Of a stretch of DNA of 64,000 bases, positions 1 through 14,099 are shown one piece after another. The notes under the pieces were generated by a model, which was given only the letters and a program-made list of their open reading frames with translations, was not told the origin of the DNA and searched no databases. Position 1 is the stretch's first letter; each line of letters opens with the position of its first letter. Origin of the DNA: Eledone cirrhosa (lineage: Eukaryota); the NCBI GenBank assembly GCA_964016885.1, contig OZ024743.1, positions 69,626,001 to 69,690,000 of the forward strand, given 5' to 3'. Made by a program: the position numbers and the translations under genes.

Positions 1-567
1 TGAAGTGTGGGGACAGCTGGAAAGCTTCCATTACTCATACTTCTCGCCTTCTTCACCACCTCTTCTACGGCCTCGATATGAATACCCCCTCCGCCTCCGT
101 GGTATTTTCTTCGGGGTTATAAGAGGCTTAGCTCTGTTTCTCGACCGTTATATCACGTGACTATCTCCCCCTCCGCCTTTTGGGATTCTTTCTCACGTCG
201 TGTAGACGCGTTCTTGAGACTAGTAAAATGAGGTATCCTCTTGATAAGTCGGCAGACCTCGCAAGGACTCTATATCTTTATGATATATTGTTTTTGTTTA
301 TGCCACGAAACTACGTAGTCGAGGAATTTAGGAGCAGTTTAGGTATGATACATTTTATTACTAATTATATCTAAATGTTTCTTCTCTCTTCATAATGTAT
401 TTTTAACTCTGATACTGGTTCAGTCTAGTTCAACTGAATTGGTCTGTCCCAGTCATTCATTGAGCAACATCGGTGAAGTTGGCACCCTTAACTCACAGTT
501 GGGTGCGGATGCATTCATGTATATATGTGTCCCCCCGCATGTATCTGTGTGTTTCTAAATATATTGT

Positions 568-570
<3 letters not shown>
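1..570 (+). mobile_element. Non-coding hammerhead-bearing repeat (family A; retrozyme-like or Penelope pLTR-derived), nearly one monomer, cut by the window start
   Basis: Near-identical to the reverse complement of the unit at 29531-30417 (same 64-aa spurious ORF at 180..374 and 30145..30339). Ends in a (TA)n tract and contains the HHR at 236-325. Confidence 0.85.
236..325 (+). ncRNA. Type I hammerhead ribozyme, U3:A8 core variant (family A)
   Basis: Stem I TCCTC(236-240)/GAGGA(321-325); core TTGATAA(241-247); stem II GT(C)GGCA/TGCCAC around a long loop; GAAA(307-310); palindromic stem III ACTACGTAGT; GUC triplet, predicted cleavage after 320. Confidence 0.8.
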
Positions 571-601
<31 letters not shown>

Positions 602-696
602 AACAATGAGTTATATGGTTTGTTGATTATTATTCAATAGAGTTAATTTTATAACAGAATTGAAGCACTCTACACTATTTATCTGGAGTATTATCA

Positions 697-1017
<321 letters not shown>

Positions 1018-1019
1018 AC

Positions 1020-1310
1020 ATAGTGTTATACTTGGGGAGGGTCATATTGTTGTATTAATATTGCCAGAAATAATAACAGAACACATTCACTTGGTTTTCG
1101 CTTCTGTATCTTTTATTTGTTAATTTATTAGTTAATTTATTTGGCAATCAATGTTTATCATTGATTGACCAACGGTTAAAAGTACAGATATAAATATATA
1201 TAGTCTATCAAAGTTCTTTCGTTGCACATCTGCAACATCATCAGTGGTACTGTTATGTTCCCTCCTATTGTATTGTAATCTCTACGCCATATAAGGGCGT
1301 TAAGCAGAAG
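1020..1310 (-). mobile_element. Penelope-like pLTR/3' UTR fragment with HHR-like core (same family as 28246-28520)
   Basis: Shares ATACTTGGGGAGGGTCATATT...GGTTTTCGCTTCTGT...AAAGTTCTTT..GCACATCTGCAACATC.TCAGTG with 28246-28520. Minus strand reads CTGATGA-T-GTTGCA-GATG-TGCAAC-GAAA at about 1211-1250. Confidence 0.6.
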
Positions 1311-1379
1311 TTCACGATAAAGTTAAATTTGTTTATATATATATATATATATATATATACGGTTACCCACTGTCTGTAT

Positions 1380-1429
<50 letters not shown>

Positions 1430-1499
1430 GGTGCACTCTCCGATCTGTGTAAGATGTGACCTAGAAGTTCTGTATGCTGCCCCCGACCAACCATATATT

Positions 1500-1813
1500 T
1501 ATATTGTTGTTGACCTTACTATTGTTCTTGCTGTTGTTATTGATGTTGTTAATGTTTCCATTGTTGATGTTTTTGTTACTTATGTTGTTGGTGTTGTTGC
1601 TCGTGTTGTTGTTGTTGGTGTTGTTGACGTTGTTGTTGTTGTTGTCGTTGTTCTTATTATTGTTGTTGCTGACGTTGTTGTTGCTGATGTTGCTGGTGTT
1701 GTTGCTGATGTTGTTGCTGTTGTTGATGGTTTCGTTGATGTTGTTGTTGATGCTGCCGCTGTTGCGGTTTTGATGTTGTTGTTGATATTGTTTGATGTTG
1801 TTGTTGTTGATTT

Positions 1814-1852
<39 letters not shown>

Positions 1853-2075
1853 ATGATGCTGCTGCTAAGGCTGATGCGGATGTTAGTATTCCTGATGTTG
1901 TTGTTGATGCTGTTGTTATTGTTATCATTGTTGATATTGTTGATCTTGCTGTTGATGTTGTTGTTGTTGATGTTTTTTTGTTGTTGTTGACGTTGTTGCT
2001 GGTATTTTGATGTTGTTGTTGATGTTGTCGTTGTTATTATTGTTGATGATGCTGTTGATGATGTTGTTGTTGCTG
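1500..2075. repeat. Degenerate (GTT/GAT)n trinucleotide array
   Basis: Directly visible. Source of the poly-V/L/N/Q ORFs. Confidence 0.95.
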
Positions 2076-2654
2076 TCTCTACTAAAACATCCACTTCCCT
2101 TCACGTTCCAAGTAACTAATTGATTTATACATTGCACAAACTTGTAAGCAATAAATATTCTTTCTTGTAAATCTAACAACACACATAAGAAACATAAAAC
2201 ACACATAAATATAACAAGTAAATATATAAATATATATATATATAACATTTTTAAAATAATGGGCGTCGTAAAATAAAATTAAATAACAAATATATATAGT
2301 AATAGAAAAGACATAACAAATAGCAAGCAAAGTGTAAATTATAATTATTCCGAGAAAGCCAATTTGTTGAATATCTTACAGAAATATAATACACAGGAGA
2401 GACATTTTACGTCTGATAGATATATATGATGCATGCAAGTGGGGTTGAATATGTAGTTATTTTTCAGTCATGTGTAATAAATCCGGTTAAGTGTTTCACC
2501 TTACTAATTAAGCATAGCCGAGTGGTTAAGAAGTTTGATTCATAATTTCAGAGTTGAGCTTTTGGTCTTTTCATTAAGTGGTGATGTACTTTAGCAAGTG
2601 TTCCTGCAATAGCCACGTGTTAATCTCAAGTGTCCCGTGGGCCATTTAACATTC

Positions 2655-3080
2655 TGCTTAATCTGGCAGAATCGCTAGAGCATCGGACAACATGCTTTGA
2701 GGCATATAGTTACGTCTCTTTACGGTCTGAATTCAAATTCCATCGTGGTTAGCTTTGCCTTTCATCTGTCCGGGGTCGATAAAATAAAGTACCAGTAATG
2801 CACTGAGTCAATTTAATCGTTGGCCTTGTGGTTAAATCAGAAATCATTATTGAGGGATGGTGTGAGTAAATTAGCGGTATCGGTAGAGCATTTGACAACA
2901 TGTTTTGTGGCACATAGTGAAGTCCCTTTATGTGCTGAATTTGAAACCCGCTGGGGTTAGCTTTGTCTTTCATACATACGGTGTCGATAATATAAAATAC
3001 CAGTAACGCACTGAGGTCGAATTATTCTATTTCCCCTCCCCCAAACTGCTGATCTTGTGCATAACGCAGAAATTATTTCT
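2655..3080 (+). mobile_element. Two tandem copies of the tRNA-derived SINE (Nin/Deu-like central domain)
   Basis: TGGCAGAATCG (A box-like)...TTCAAATTCC (B box-like)...AGCTTTGCCTTTCATC..CGGGGTCGATAAAATAAAGTACCAGT...GGCCTTGTG, repeated from about 2850. Confidence 0.8.
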
Positions 3081-3169
3081 AGGGTAATGGAGAGGCAGAG
3101 ATGTCAGAGCATCAGGGAAAACGTACTACTTTGTACGTTGTATGTTCATAATATTCTTGATTAGATCAA

Positions 3170-3540
3170 GACAACAACGAATATGTGGCTATTCTAAGCA
3201 ACGGTTGCGTTCATTCTCTTCTACAGACGTGAGTCATGGCCATTAACAACAACACTCATGAAGAAAATCAATGGCAAATACAAGCGAATTCTGAGTATGT
3301 TCCAGAGCACCGCATCGTAAGCACGTGTAGCAAATAAATCGCTCTACAGTTCTCCCCCTCAGCCTCAGCTTTCTGACATCATAAGGCGACCGGAGCTCGC
3401 ATTAGTTGGATATGTTAATCGACACAATAAACCTATTGGCAGAATTCTTCTCTGGAAACCATACGAGTTGAGAGACAAATCATTATACAGAGGATATCTT
3501 TGAAGATGCCACCGTGCTGGAGTCAAGGTAAATTTTGGTG
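3170..3540 (+). pseudogene. Decayed RTE-clade LINE 3' ORF remnant
   Basis: Manual translation across frameshifts gives LLYRRESWPLTTTLMKKINGKYKRIL...LSDIIRRPELALVGYVNRHNKPIGRILLWKP, resembling the RTE C-terminus also seen at 27332-27640. Confidence 0.55.
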
Positions 3541-3544
3541 GGAA

Positions 3545-3730
3545 TACATGGCAGGGTGAGCTGGAGGAGGAACTTCGTCGTGGCTCCGGTAACGGAAGTG
3601 CAGAAGAGTTCATATAATCGAGGTGAACTGTACCTTCCGATGGTGATATAATAACGTAGCATTCCAGTACATGAGTTGATATAACTGACCTTCCCCTTCC
3701 TCCAAACTGCTGCCGTATACGAATGTTAGA
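3545..3730 (+). mobile_element. Old diverged copy of the tRNA-derived SINE
   Basis: GGCAGGGTGAGCTGG...GAGTTCATATAATCGAGGTGAACTGTACCTTCC...CTTCCCCTTCCTCCAAACTGCTG follows the family layout. Confidence 0.5.
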
Positions 3731-4609
3731 AAGATAGAAAGAAAGAATTATTGGATATTCGTCCTCGTCTGAAGGTTCATGTACATTTATCATATTGGGT
3801 TCACCTCCCCACAAGACAATCTTACCGAACAAATATATAATATAAAATAAAGGAATTACAAGACATACGAATTCTGTTGAATAGTCCTATATATTGTGTA
3901 GTCACGTACTTTTATATAGTTGTCATAGTTGCTGTCAGAGTACCTTTCTATTGAATCAATGGTTATACATTTTATTAAATCTAAAGATTAGTGTAACCAT
4001 AAAAACAGACTCCTCTCAAGACATTATACCTACTAGCAGAAAAACCACCCATCGGGTGGTTTTCTGCTAGCATGTGTAGTGTGTATATTGATATTATACA
4101 CAAATATATATGCATGTAAATATGATGCATCAAATATAATCGTAATTGACAATATACACAAAAATTGAACAAAGCCTATGTTACACTGTCTTCAGTAATC
4201 CATGATATATTTAAAAAAAGACGACATTATATATAAACTGCATTAGTGGAAAATTAGCGACGGAAATATATGCGATTATGCATGTTATAATATAAACGGC
4301 CGCTAACCGGAAGTGTTGACATTTGATAATTTTAAAGAAGTGAATTTTAAAGATTAAGCTATAAAATATATTTAATCAACAGCCACGAAATTTAGCACAT
4401 AAATTATGTAATATTCATTCATTATTTATTAAAAGTAATCCAACTTATTTTACAAACGGGGTAAAAAAAAAATATTCTGGACGCAATCCCGCAGACCTTC
4501 CTTTATTATAGCTAAGATGTCTGCTGTGGCCCGGCTTTTTCAATGAACTCGTATCTCTCACACGGGATACCACTTATATCCCTTCTTTTATTGGCTCTAT
4601 TGAAATAAA

Positions 4610-5003
4610 TTTAGTGACAGCTCTAATGTAGATGTCTCTACATTTAGTGAGAGCTCTAATGAAGATGTCGCCATATTTAGTGAGAGCTTTAATGAAGATG
4701 TCTCTATATTTAGTGAGAGCTCTAATGAAGATGTCTGTATATTTAGTGAGAGCTTTAATGAAGATGTCTGTATATTTAGTGAGAGCTCTAATGAAGGTGC
4801 CTATATTTAGTGAGAGCTGTAATGAAGATGTATCTATATTTAGTGAGAGCTCTAATGAAGATGTCTATATTTAGTGAGAGTTCTAATGAAGATGTCTGTG
4901 TATTTAGTGAGAGCTATAATGAAGATGTTTCTATATTTAGTGAGAGCTCTAATGAAGGTGTCTCTATATTTAGTGACAGCTATAATGAAGATGCTTCTAT
5001 ATT
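4610..5003. repeat. 33-bp minisatellite, about 12 copies
   Basis: Unit TTTAGTGAGAGCTCTAATGAAGATGTCT(C/G)TATA; 11-aa periodicity in the spurious ORFs. Confidence 0.95.
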
Positions 5004-5014
5004 TATACCATACA

Positions 5015-5180
5015 AGAGCGGTGGATTGATAGTATAGGTAGAGCGTTGGACAACACGCCTTGCGTTCTGTTTAAATCCCGGCGAGGCTACCTTTGCCATT
5101 CATCTTTACGAGGTCGATTTAATCGACTCACCACTTTCCTTCAAATTGCTGGCCTTGTGCTAAATGTAGAAACAATATTT
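5015..5180 (+). mobile_element. tRNA-derived SINE copy, internally deleted
   Basis: GCGGTGGATTG...AAATCCCGGCGAGGCTACCTTTGCCATTCATC..CGAGGTCGAT...AAATTGCTGGCCTTGTGC. Confidence 0.7.
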
Positions 5181-5419
5181 ATATATAACAAACAAATACA
5201 TTTATATAAAAAAAGAGGGTATATTTTTTTAATCGGTGGCACCCCGATTAAATATTAACGAGTGCATTACGTGTACTGCGGGTATCTAGAGAATGAATCA
5301 TTGAGTTCATACAAATAAATAAACTCTACAATATGTCTTCAGTATTCTTTTCCTCGTTTGCTATATAAACCTACATATGTATTAGGTAGGTGCTATATTT
5401 ATTTAACTAGAACACGGTT

Positions 5420-7150
5420 ATTATCAACACTAAAATAAACATTATCATCACTATCAAACTTATCATCATCATCATCACCATCAACGCAACCATCATTAAA
5501 TCTACTAATACTACTACTACCACCCTTATCATCAACACCGCCATCAACACTAGCAACACTATCATTACCATCATTATTATCATCATCAACATTATCACCA
5601 GCACCACTACGAACACCACCACTACTACCAGCATCACAACACCAGCACCACTGCAAACAGCACCACGACACCAGTACCACTACCAACAGCACCACTGCAA
5701 ACACCACCACTGCAAACAGCACCACAACACCAGTACCACTACCAACAGCACCACTGCAAACACCAGCACTACCACCAGCACCACAACACCAGCACCACAA
5801 CACCAGCACCACAACAACAGCCCCATCATCATCACCAACATCACCATCATCATCACCACCACCACCTCTACTACAACCAGCAACAACTGTCCTCCATCAT
5901 CATCACCACCAACATCCCCACAACCAACAACAGAATGACCATCGCCACCACCACTACTACATCAGCAACAACAGTCCATCATCACCACCACAATCACCAT
6001 CACCATCACCAACGGCATCACCACCATCCTCATCAGCACCACCACCACTACTACATCAGCAACAACAGTCCATCATCACCACCACAATCACCATCACCAA
6101 CGGCATCACCACCATCCTCATCAGCACCACCACCACTACTACATCAGCAACAACAGTCCATCATCACCACCACCACCAACAACAACAACAACACAATCAC
6201 CATCACCACCACTACTACAACCAGCAACAACAGTCCATCACCATCACCACCACCAACATCATCACCACCACCATCATCACAACCACCATATCCCCACAAC
6301 CACCACCACCACCAACACCATCACCACCACCAACATCATCACCACCACCATCATCACAACCACCATATCCCCACAACCATCACCACCACCAACATCATCA
6401 CCACTAGCATCATCACAACCACCATATCCCGACAACCATCACCACCACCAACACCAACACCATCACCACCACCAACATCATCATCACCACCATATCCCCA
6501 CAACCGTCACCACCACCAAGACCATCACCACCACCATCATCATCACCACCATATCCCGACAACCATCACCACCACCATCATCATCACCACCAGCATCATC
6601 ACCACCACCATATCCCCACAACCGTCACCACCACGAACACCATCACCATCACCACCACCACCATCATCACAACCACCATATCTCCAAAACCATCACCACC
6701 ACCAGCACCATCACCACCACCAACACCATCACCACCACCAACATCATCACCACCACCACCATCATCATCACCACCACCATATGCCGACAACCATCACCAC
6801 CACCAACACCACCACCACCATCATCACAACCACCATATCGCCACAACCACCAACAACACCATCACCATCACCACCACAACTACAACCAACAACAACAGTC
6901 CACCACCATCATCACCACCAACATTCCCACAACCACCAACACCATCACCACCACCACCAACATCATTACCACCACCATCATCATCATCATCATCACCACC
7001 GTATGCCGATAACCATCACCACCAGCCATCACCATCACCACCACCAACATCATCACCACCATATGCCGATAACCATCACCACCAGCATCACCATCACCAC
7101 CACCAACATCATCACCATCACCGCCACCAACACCATCACCATCACCATCA
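5420..7150. repeat. Compound (CAC/CAT/CAA)n low-complexity array with higher-order subunits
   Basis: Directly visible. Recurring CCATATCCCCACAACC and AACAACAGTCCATCA subunits. Confidence 0.95.
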
Positions 7151-7494
7151 AAATCATTATGGTAGACAATAGGAGAATGTAGTAATAAGAGAAGAGGCTA
7201 CCTAATAATGTTAGTGATGTTAGAGGCGATGATTTATACGATGTCGTGGTGTAAGACAAGGTTAACATTCGCCCCTTCACCAGATTCATACCTTATGGCC
7301 GTCAATTTTCACAGTTTAACCTAGAAACTGTTACTATAATTAGCATTGTAATCTAATAGATCTATTATGTATGTGTATGTGTCTTTCTGTTTAACCGTAT
7401 GTCTGTGTGCCTTTCTCAGTGTTCTCTTGTGTATATACATTCATACACGTATACACACATACACAGGTATATATATAATACACGCACACAAATA

Positions 7495-7564
<70 letters not shown>

Positions 7565-7598
7565 TACATATATGTATATCTACATATATATATACATA

Positions 7599-7643
<45 letters not shown>

Positions 7644-7712
7644 AATATATATATATATATATAAATGAAAGTATAGAAATTATTGTGAGCGTGAAGCCAA
7701 CAGTATTTCATA

Positions 7713-7743
<31 letters not shown>

Positions 7744-7883
7744 TAGATAGATAGATATATATATAAACGTAATATATATGGTGATATTTATGTGTATATG
7801 TGTTGTTGGTATCAATGGACCTACATTCACGCACGCACACGCACACAGAGGCACACACACATACATGCACACACACACACACG

Positions 7884-7928
<45 letters not shown>

Positions 7929-8199
7929 CAAATAGTGTGGATAGATTTGATACATACAATATGAATATGTTTTACATTTACGAAGAGAATTACAAATAGA
8001 AAAATAAGGCTCGGAGTCGAAGAGATGGCTTATATATTCCCTCATTGCGCTTACAGAAGTCGGATGAGCTATTGATACCAGAACCAGGCCCGATCAATAG
8101 AGATCGCACCTTGAGCTGATCATTCACGAAACGTGCGTAAAGCCTGGATGGTCTTAATGAAAATTTGACACCTCGTGCTATTATTATTAATATTACAGT

Positions 8200-8422
8200 G
8201 AGGGCGGTGGATTGGCAGTATTGGTTGAGGGTCGGACGCCATGCTTTGCAGCATAGAGTTACGCCCCATTATGATCTGAGTTCAAATCCCGCCGAGGTTA
8301 ACTTTGCCTTTCATCCTTACGGGGTCGATAAAATGAAGTACCAATCACACACTGGGATCGATTTTATCGACTTTCCCCTCCCCCCAAATTGCTGGCCTTG
8401 TGCCTATATAAGAAATCATTAT
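8200..8422 (+). mobile_element. Full-length tRNA-derived SINE (best-preserved copy; Nin/Deu-like domain)
   Basis: GGGCGGTGGATTGGCAGTATTGG...TGAGTTCAAATCCCGCCGAGGTTAACTTTGCCTTTCATCCTTACGGGGTCGATAAAATGAAGTACC...GCTGGCCTTGTGCC, followed by an ATT tail. ATTAATATTACAGT occurs on both sides (TSD-like). Confidence 0.85.
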
Positions 8423-8599
8423 TAATATTACAGTCTCTATAGTACAAGCCCAAAGTACATATTAGAGACTGCACATCGAGTTCTCACTTCGATGAAGCAA
8501 CATCAACTTAACGTTACAATCCCTAAACTTTTTATTAACCCTAAGTGACTTAACTTGTTTTATTTACAATAGTTTATAACTTTGCCTATTAATCCGTAT

Positions 8600-8830
8600 G
8601 GTGAGCAAATGGGGTCCCACGTGCTCGCCACCCCACAGTCGCTGCGGACAGGATGGAGAAGGCGTTTCCCCGGAGGATGGTAAGGGAGATTCGCTGGACG
8701 AGCCATTCCAACTCAAGAGGCTCACACCTGCGGCTGGCCACCTCAGCGTCTATGGTGGTGAATAGGGAGGTAGCCCTAGGGCCAAAGAAACCAGAAGTCT
8801 CCACTGCAAGCCGCGAAACTGTCGGAGAGC
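8600..8830 (-). pseudogene. CRE-clade non-LTR retrotransposon 3' end (C-terminus of the restriction-like endonuclease)
   Basis: ORF 8589..8936(-) contains LAVETSGFFGPRA...EPLELEWLVQRISLTILRGNA, the typical CRE RLE tail motif (AVET.G...QRIS..I.RGNA). Confidence 0.75.
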
Positions 8831-9721
8831 GAACGGTACTTGGATATATATCGGATAGAGAAAAGACAAAGAGAGAGTGAAAAGAAGGAAGAACAGTTGA
8901 AATAGACGTTTTTCCTTCATTTCCTTTTGCTTCCATTTGTTATCCCTATGGCTTCTTGTTCCTCATCCTCTCTCCTAACAACTCACAACCCAGGAATCTC
9001 ACCACAGTATCCCTTTTAAAGCAATCTGTCCGGCATTTTCTTTACACACTTTCACTCTCGGCAGATCTGAGATTTCTTGTCGCCAATCATTCCTTCGCCA
9101 TCATCATCAATCTAAATCGTCAGCAGCACCAATGCCGTCATTATCACCAGCACCAGCACCACCAGCACCACCAAAAACACCACCAATACCACCACGACCA
9201 ACACCACCACCACCACCAACACCCTCTCTTACAACACCACCCTACACAGTCGTGCTGTTACCACAAGTCACTGTACAAGACACACGCCCGTCCTAAAACA
9301 AAGTAGTTCAGGATTTTCCAGAAAATTTCCACCATTGATAATATTTGTGTGTGGCTGTGTGTTTGAATGTATGTGTGTATGCATGTGTGTAAATGTGGGT
9401 TTGTTTCAATGTGTCTGTATATGTAAGTGTCCCTGTGAGTGTGTATGTTTATTATTTGTTGTGTGTGTATATGTGTATGAATGTTTTCGTTTGAATGTGT
9501 CTGTGTCTGTATATGTCCCTGTGAATGTGTGTTTGTGTGTTTGTGTGTATGCGTATGTGTCTGTGTATAAATGTGTTTTTCTGCATGTGTCTGTGTCTAT
9601 GTTATTGTTGTGTGAGTGGATACTCCCATCAAAGTAAGACAATTCTGAAAGAGGGCCTCCGTTTCAGGCAGATACTTGAAATGCTTGTTTGAACTTGTCA
9701 GTGCTGTTGTGTGTAGTACGC

Positions 9722-9841
<120 letters not shown>

Positions 9842-10023
9842 CATACACGTTTGTTTACATGTACAATAAGGTGGGCGGTGTCGAAATACTTTTGTGTGTC
9901 GTCGGGGAAAGTTTCTTGTGTCATCAATGTTTGAACATAAGTGTTTATATTTATTTTTTTGCGAGACGTTGTCTGTGTAGTTTGTTGAGGGCGGTGCTAG
10001 CTCCTTATCTATCTCTCTACCTA

Positions 10024-10070
<47 letters not shown>

Positions 10071-10142
10071 ACCTATATATATATATATATTATATATATA
10101 TATACATTTATATATATATATATATATTATATATATATATAC

Positions 10143-10200
<58 letters not shown>

Positions 10201-11048
10201 ATACATATATACATATATATATACCTATATATATACCTATATATGTATGTGTGTCTGTGGCTGTGTGTGTGCGTACGTGCGCGCGTGTGTGTGTGTGCGT
10301 GTGTGTGTGGGTGTGTGTGTGGGTGGGTGGGTGTGGGTGGGTGTGTGTGTTGCGAGTAAGTTTACCCAAAGATAATGAGTGTGTGGGAAGTGTGTCTGTT
10401 AGATAAATAATGAGAACTAGAGTGAGATAATCCGAGATAATGTTAATGACGAGAGGAGTAACTGTAGAAACAAGGATTGGTGTTGAAACAATTATTGGCG
10501 GTGGTTTTGAGGAAATGCTCTGTGGTAATTTTACCGACTTCTCGCGTTCTGAGTTCAAAACTCGGCGAGGTCACCACAGATTCTCTTCTGGTGTAGATAA
10601 CATATAATATAAAGAGCCAGAATGGAATTGTATCTGACACCCTAAAAATGCTGCAAATTCACTGCATTAGAAGTACTCTCTGGTCCCAAATAATAGGGGA
10701 TTTGGAATAAGCGGGGAGATGGTGGAAAATTATCATTCTTTCTAAGTTGATTTTTTTTAAAACCAGAACTAGTCGTTTAGATTACGTATTGGACCCCCAA
10801 CCTATCCTACTTATTTTATAAAGTATGCTATTTCTAGTAATGTACTGTTTTATCATGTAATTTAGTGTATAAAGATATTCATCGCAGGAATATTACAACT
10901 TTAAATAAATTTTCGCCGGAGATAGATTAGGCGGATGGAATAAGAGGATTTAATAATCTCGGAGGCTTCAGGGTGTACAGTGCGTACCTCAGGATACTTC
11001 GAGATCTACCAGTTATAATGCCTTAACTGGTCGTCTACCGGCATATTG

Positions 11049-11097
<49 letters not shown>

Positions 11098-11204
11098 GTT
11101 AAACAGAAATAACAACACTCGTTGGATTTTGAAATTGGATACCAACCCGGAGTATACCTGAACTTCCACCAGGCAATCTGCCGCATCACTGAAATCTTCT
11201 GAAA

Positions 11205-11715
<511 letters not shown>

Positions 11716-11721
11716 TATAAA

Positions 11722-12125
11722 TACAGGGTGAATAAAAAGAAATGACTGGCCCCTTTTTTTGTCTACATTATTCATTGTTTGACAAGAACTGATGCTACTC
11801 CGAATATCGTTAGCTCAACCCATTGAATTTCAATTTGAAAACAACATATCAAAAATGTCACTACCTTCTCATGTTTCCGTCCACAGTTACAGCACGTTCC
11901 ATGTTATCCCATTTGAGGCGCATTGTGAAGTTTAGCATGTCTTTAGAAAAAACACCTAGTGGTGCCTCTGATTACCTCCCTGGTGCTTTCCTTTAGACTT
12001 GAGTTTGTTGACATACACCCTATTTTTAGGTAGTCCCAAATATATAAATCTGGTGTTTGTGGGGACGAGGGGACGAGGGTAATCAGGCTGAAGACTGGCA
12101 ATGGGTCTTCAAAGTGATCACACAA
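11722..12125 (-). mobile_element. Tc1/mariner-superfamily DNA transposon remnant (3' end of transposase + TIR)
   Basis: TA|CAGGGTG terminus at 11722. Minus-strand VPSSPQTPDLYIWDYLK resembles WP..SPDL.P.D..WGYLK, followed by an NFTMRL-like motif. Confidence 0.6.
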
Positions 12126-12379
12126 TTTCCAATGTTATTTTCCACTCTTTCTTCTGTAGGGGCAATTTGACAATCTTTCTAGAAGTTTCCCCGGGGTGAC
12201 AAAAGGTTTCGCTTCTCCTATGTAGCAGTTGTTTGGGGCTCTATTGAACAGTCTCTCAGACCATGTCAATAACTTCCTTTATACCCTCCTTGAGTTATCC
12301 CATGTGGGCAGGGTGGTCTTCATCCATTGTTTTGATGATCTCCACTGTCCCATGGGTCACTTTTTCTTCATTCAGTTTT

Positions 12380-12710
12380 GTATATTGGATTTGCGCAGCT
12401 CGGAGATATATGAGTCACTCCAATTAGATCCACAACGTCTCCGAATTGAGTTATCACAGTTCCGATACTATAGCCATGTGGTTTGGTCTTAGGAAAGAAT
12501 CGCTAGACAGATTTTACAAGCAAAACCAACTGACAGAGGAACCAGGAGTAGACCCCGAGCCAGATGGTTGGATAATATCCATGAGCTTGACTAGCCACGG
12601 TTGGGGATCCAACCGGATCAGTTGGAGTCAGTTGCTTCTGATAGGACCTGCTGGAAAGAGTGTTTCAGGACTCTACCCTCGCAACCTTTTTAGGAATAAG
12701 AGGGGGTAGG
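12380..12710 (+). pseudogene. RTE-clade LINE 3' remnant
   Basis: Manual translation: LRIELSQFRYYSHVVWS*ERIARQILQAKPTDRGTRSRPRARWLDNI...LGIQPDQLESVASDRTCWK (RTE C-terminal WFGHV...RGRP..RW.D motif). Confidence 0.7.
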
Positions 12711-13061
12711 AGAAGGAGATTTCTAAGTTCCAAAAAATGCCGGAAATTGCTCTTGGAATTGCTTATACGAGCCACACTTATAATAGTATTTCACACAGAA
12801 AAAAATCGGGGCTGGAGCTGTCATTGACATCTTATATTTTGGTCTGCTGTAACTGCCTTATCCTGAAATTTAAGGTTGACCGGTTAGAAATTGCATATAC
12901 AGTGATAGAAAAGGTGCGCAGGGACAAATTCTTTTTCACTAGTATATATTAGAGAAAGAAGAAGAAAGTGGTAAAATCCAGGCCGTGAATCCAATAACTT
13001 CGGTTTTTACCTATTACTATAACCTCTCTGCATCTCCCCACCATGATTAGTGGTCTCCTGA

Positions 13062-13157
<96 letters not shown>

Positions 13158-13263
13158 CAAGTAAGTATGTATGTCAATACTCATCTTTTTACATTTATCT
13201 GAGGGTTCTAAACCCCATTATCAGACTAAAATTTCTTTACGGTGAAAACTATTCTATTTTCTA

Positions 13264-13338
<75 letters not shown>

Positions 13339-13595
13339 GGAATTTGTAGTTTACTTGAAGTATTGTATATGGTAAAAATAATTCGAAGTTGGAAAGACAC
13401 AACAATGCAGGTTTGGACGGAGAAAAATTAAAACGTAAGAAACAGGATTTGTTTGTACCTTAATTTATTCATATATATATATATATATATATATAGGTAA
13501 ACTGGACCCTATTGCTTGATCCAGTCTAATCACCATTGATAACAACCCTAAATATGCATATACTTACACTACATATATATATATATATATATATA

Positions 13596-13626
<31 letters not shown>

Positions 13627-13629
13627 CTA

Positions 13630-13977
13630 TCAATAATAATGAGTTCAAAACTCAGGCAGTCTTTTACAATGAAATAGCTCAAAGAAAGAAGTATTTCTGA
13701 GCCGTGTAATACAAGTAAATATGAATTAATATATTTGATAAATTAATAATAATATAAATTAATATAGGTTTGATTTTGAAATTTAAATTTGTCCAAGCAC
13801 TACGGCCATTGCCAATATGATTTGTTTTTATTGATTTATTATCTTAAATCGAGACAGGCAAAATGTATTATTATTATTAGTATATTTCAATCCAGCTAAC
13901 TTGGTCATTTACAATACAAACATGAATATGTTGGCATTTGTGTTTATCAAATATATTAATTTATATTAACTTGTATG
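13630..13977. mobile_element. Unclassified TA-embedded repeat with internal inversion (homologous to 18860-19130)
   Basis: TCTTTTACAATG.AA.TAGCTC.AAG...CTGAGCCGTGTA is in the same orientation as 18872-18925. AGGTTTGATTTTGAAATTTAAAT is the reverse complement of 19103-19125. Confidence 0.6.
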
Positions 13978-14001
13978 TATATATATATATATATATACTT
14001 A

Positions 14002-14054
<53 letters not shown>

Positions 14055-14099
14055 ATATAAAACAAACACAAGCAATCATCGAATGCCCTTTACGTAAAT

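Noticed and set aside
180-374. 64-aa ORF conserved at 180..374 and 30145..30339
   Set aside because: It has a TTG start and lies across the ribozyme. The conservation only reflects near-identical repeat copies.
4610-5003. 33-bp array as a CRISPR or a tandem minimal hammerhead (CTAATGA...GAGAGCTC)
   Set aside because: There are no unique spacers or cas genes. G5 and GAAA of the HHR core are absent in every unit, and no stems I/II can be formed.
8200-8300. tRNA gene
   Set aside because: A/B-box-like motifs are present but there is no cloverleaf; this is the head of a multi-copy SINE.
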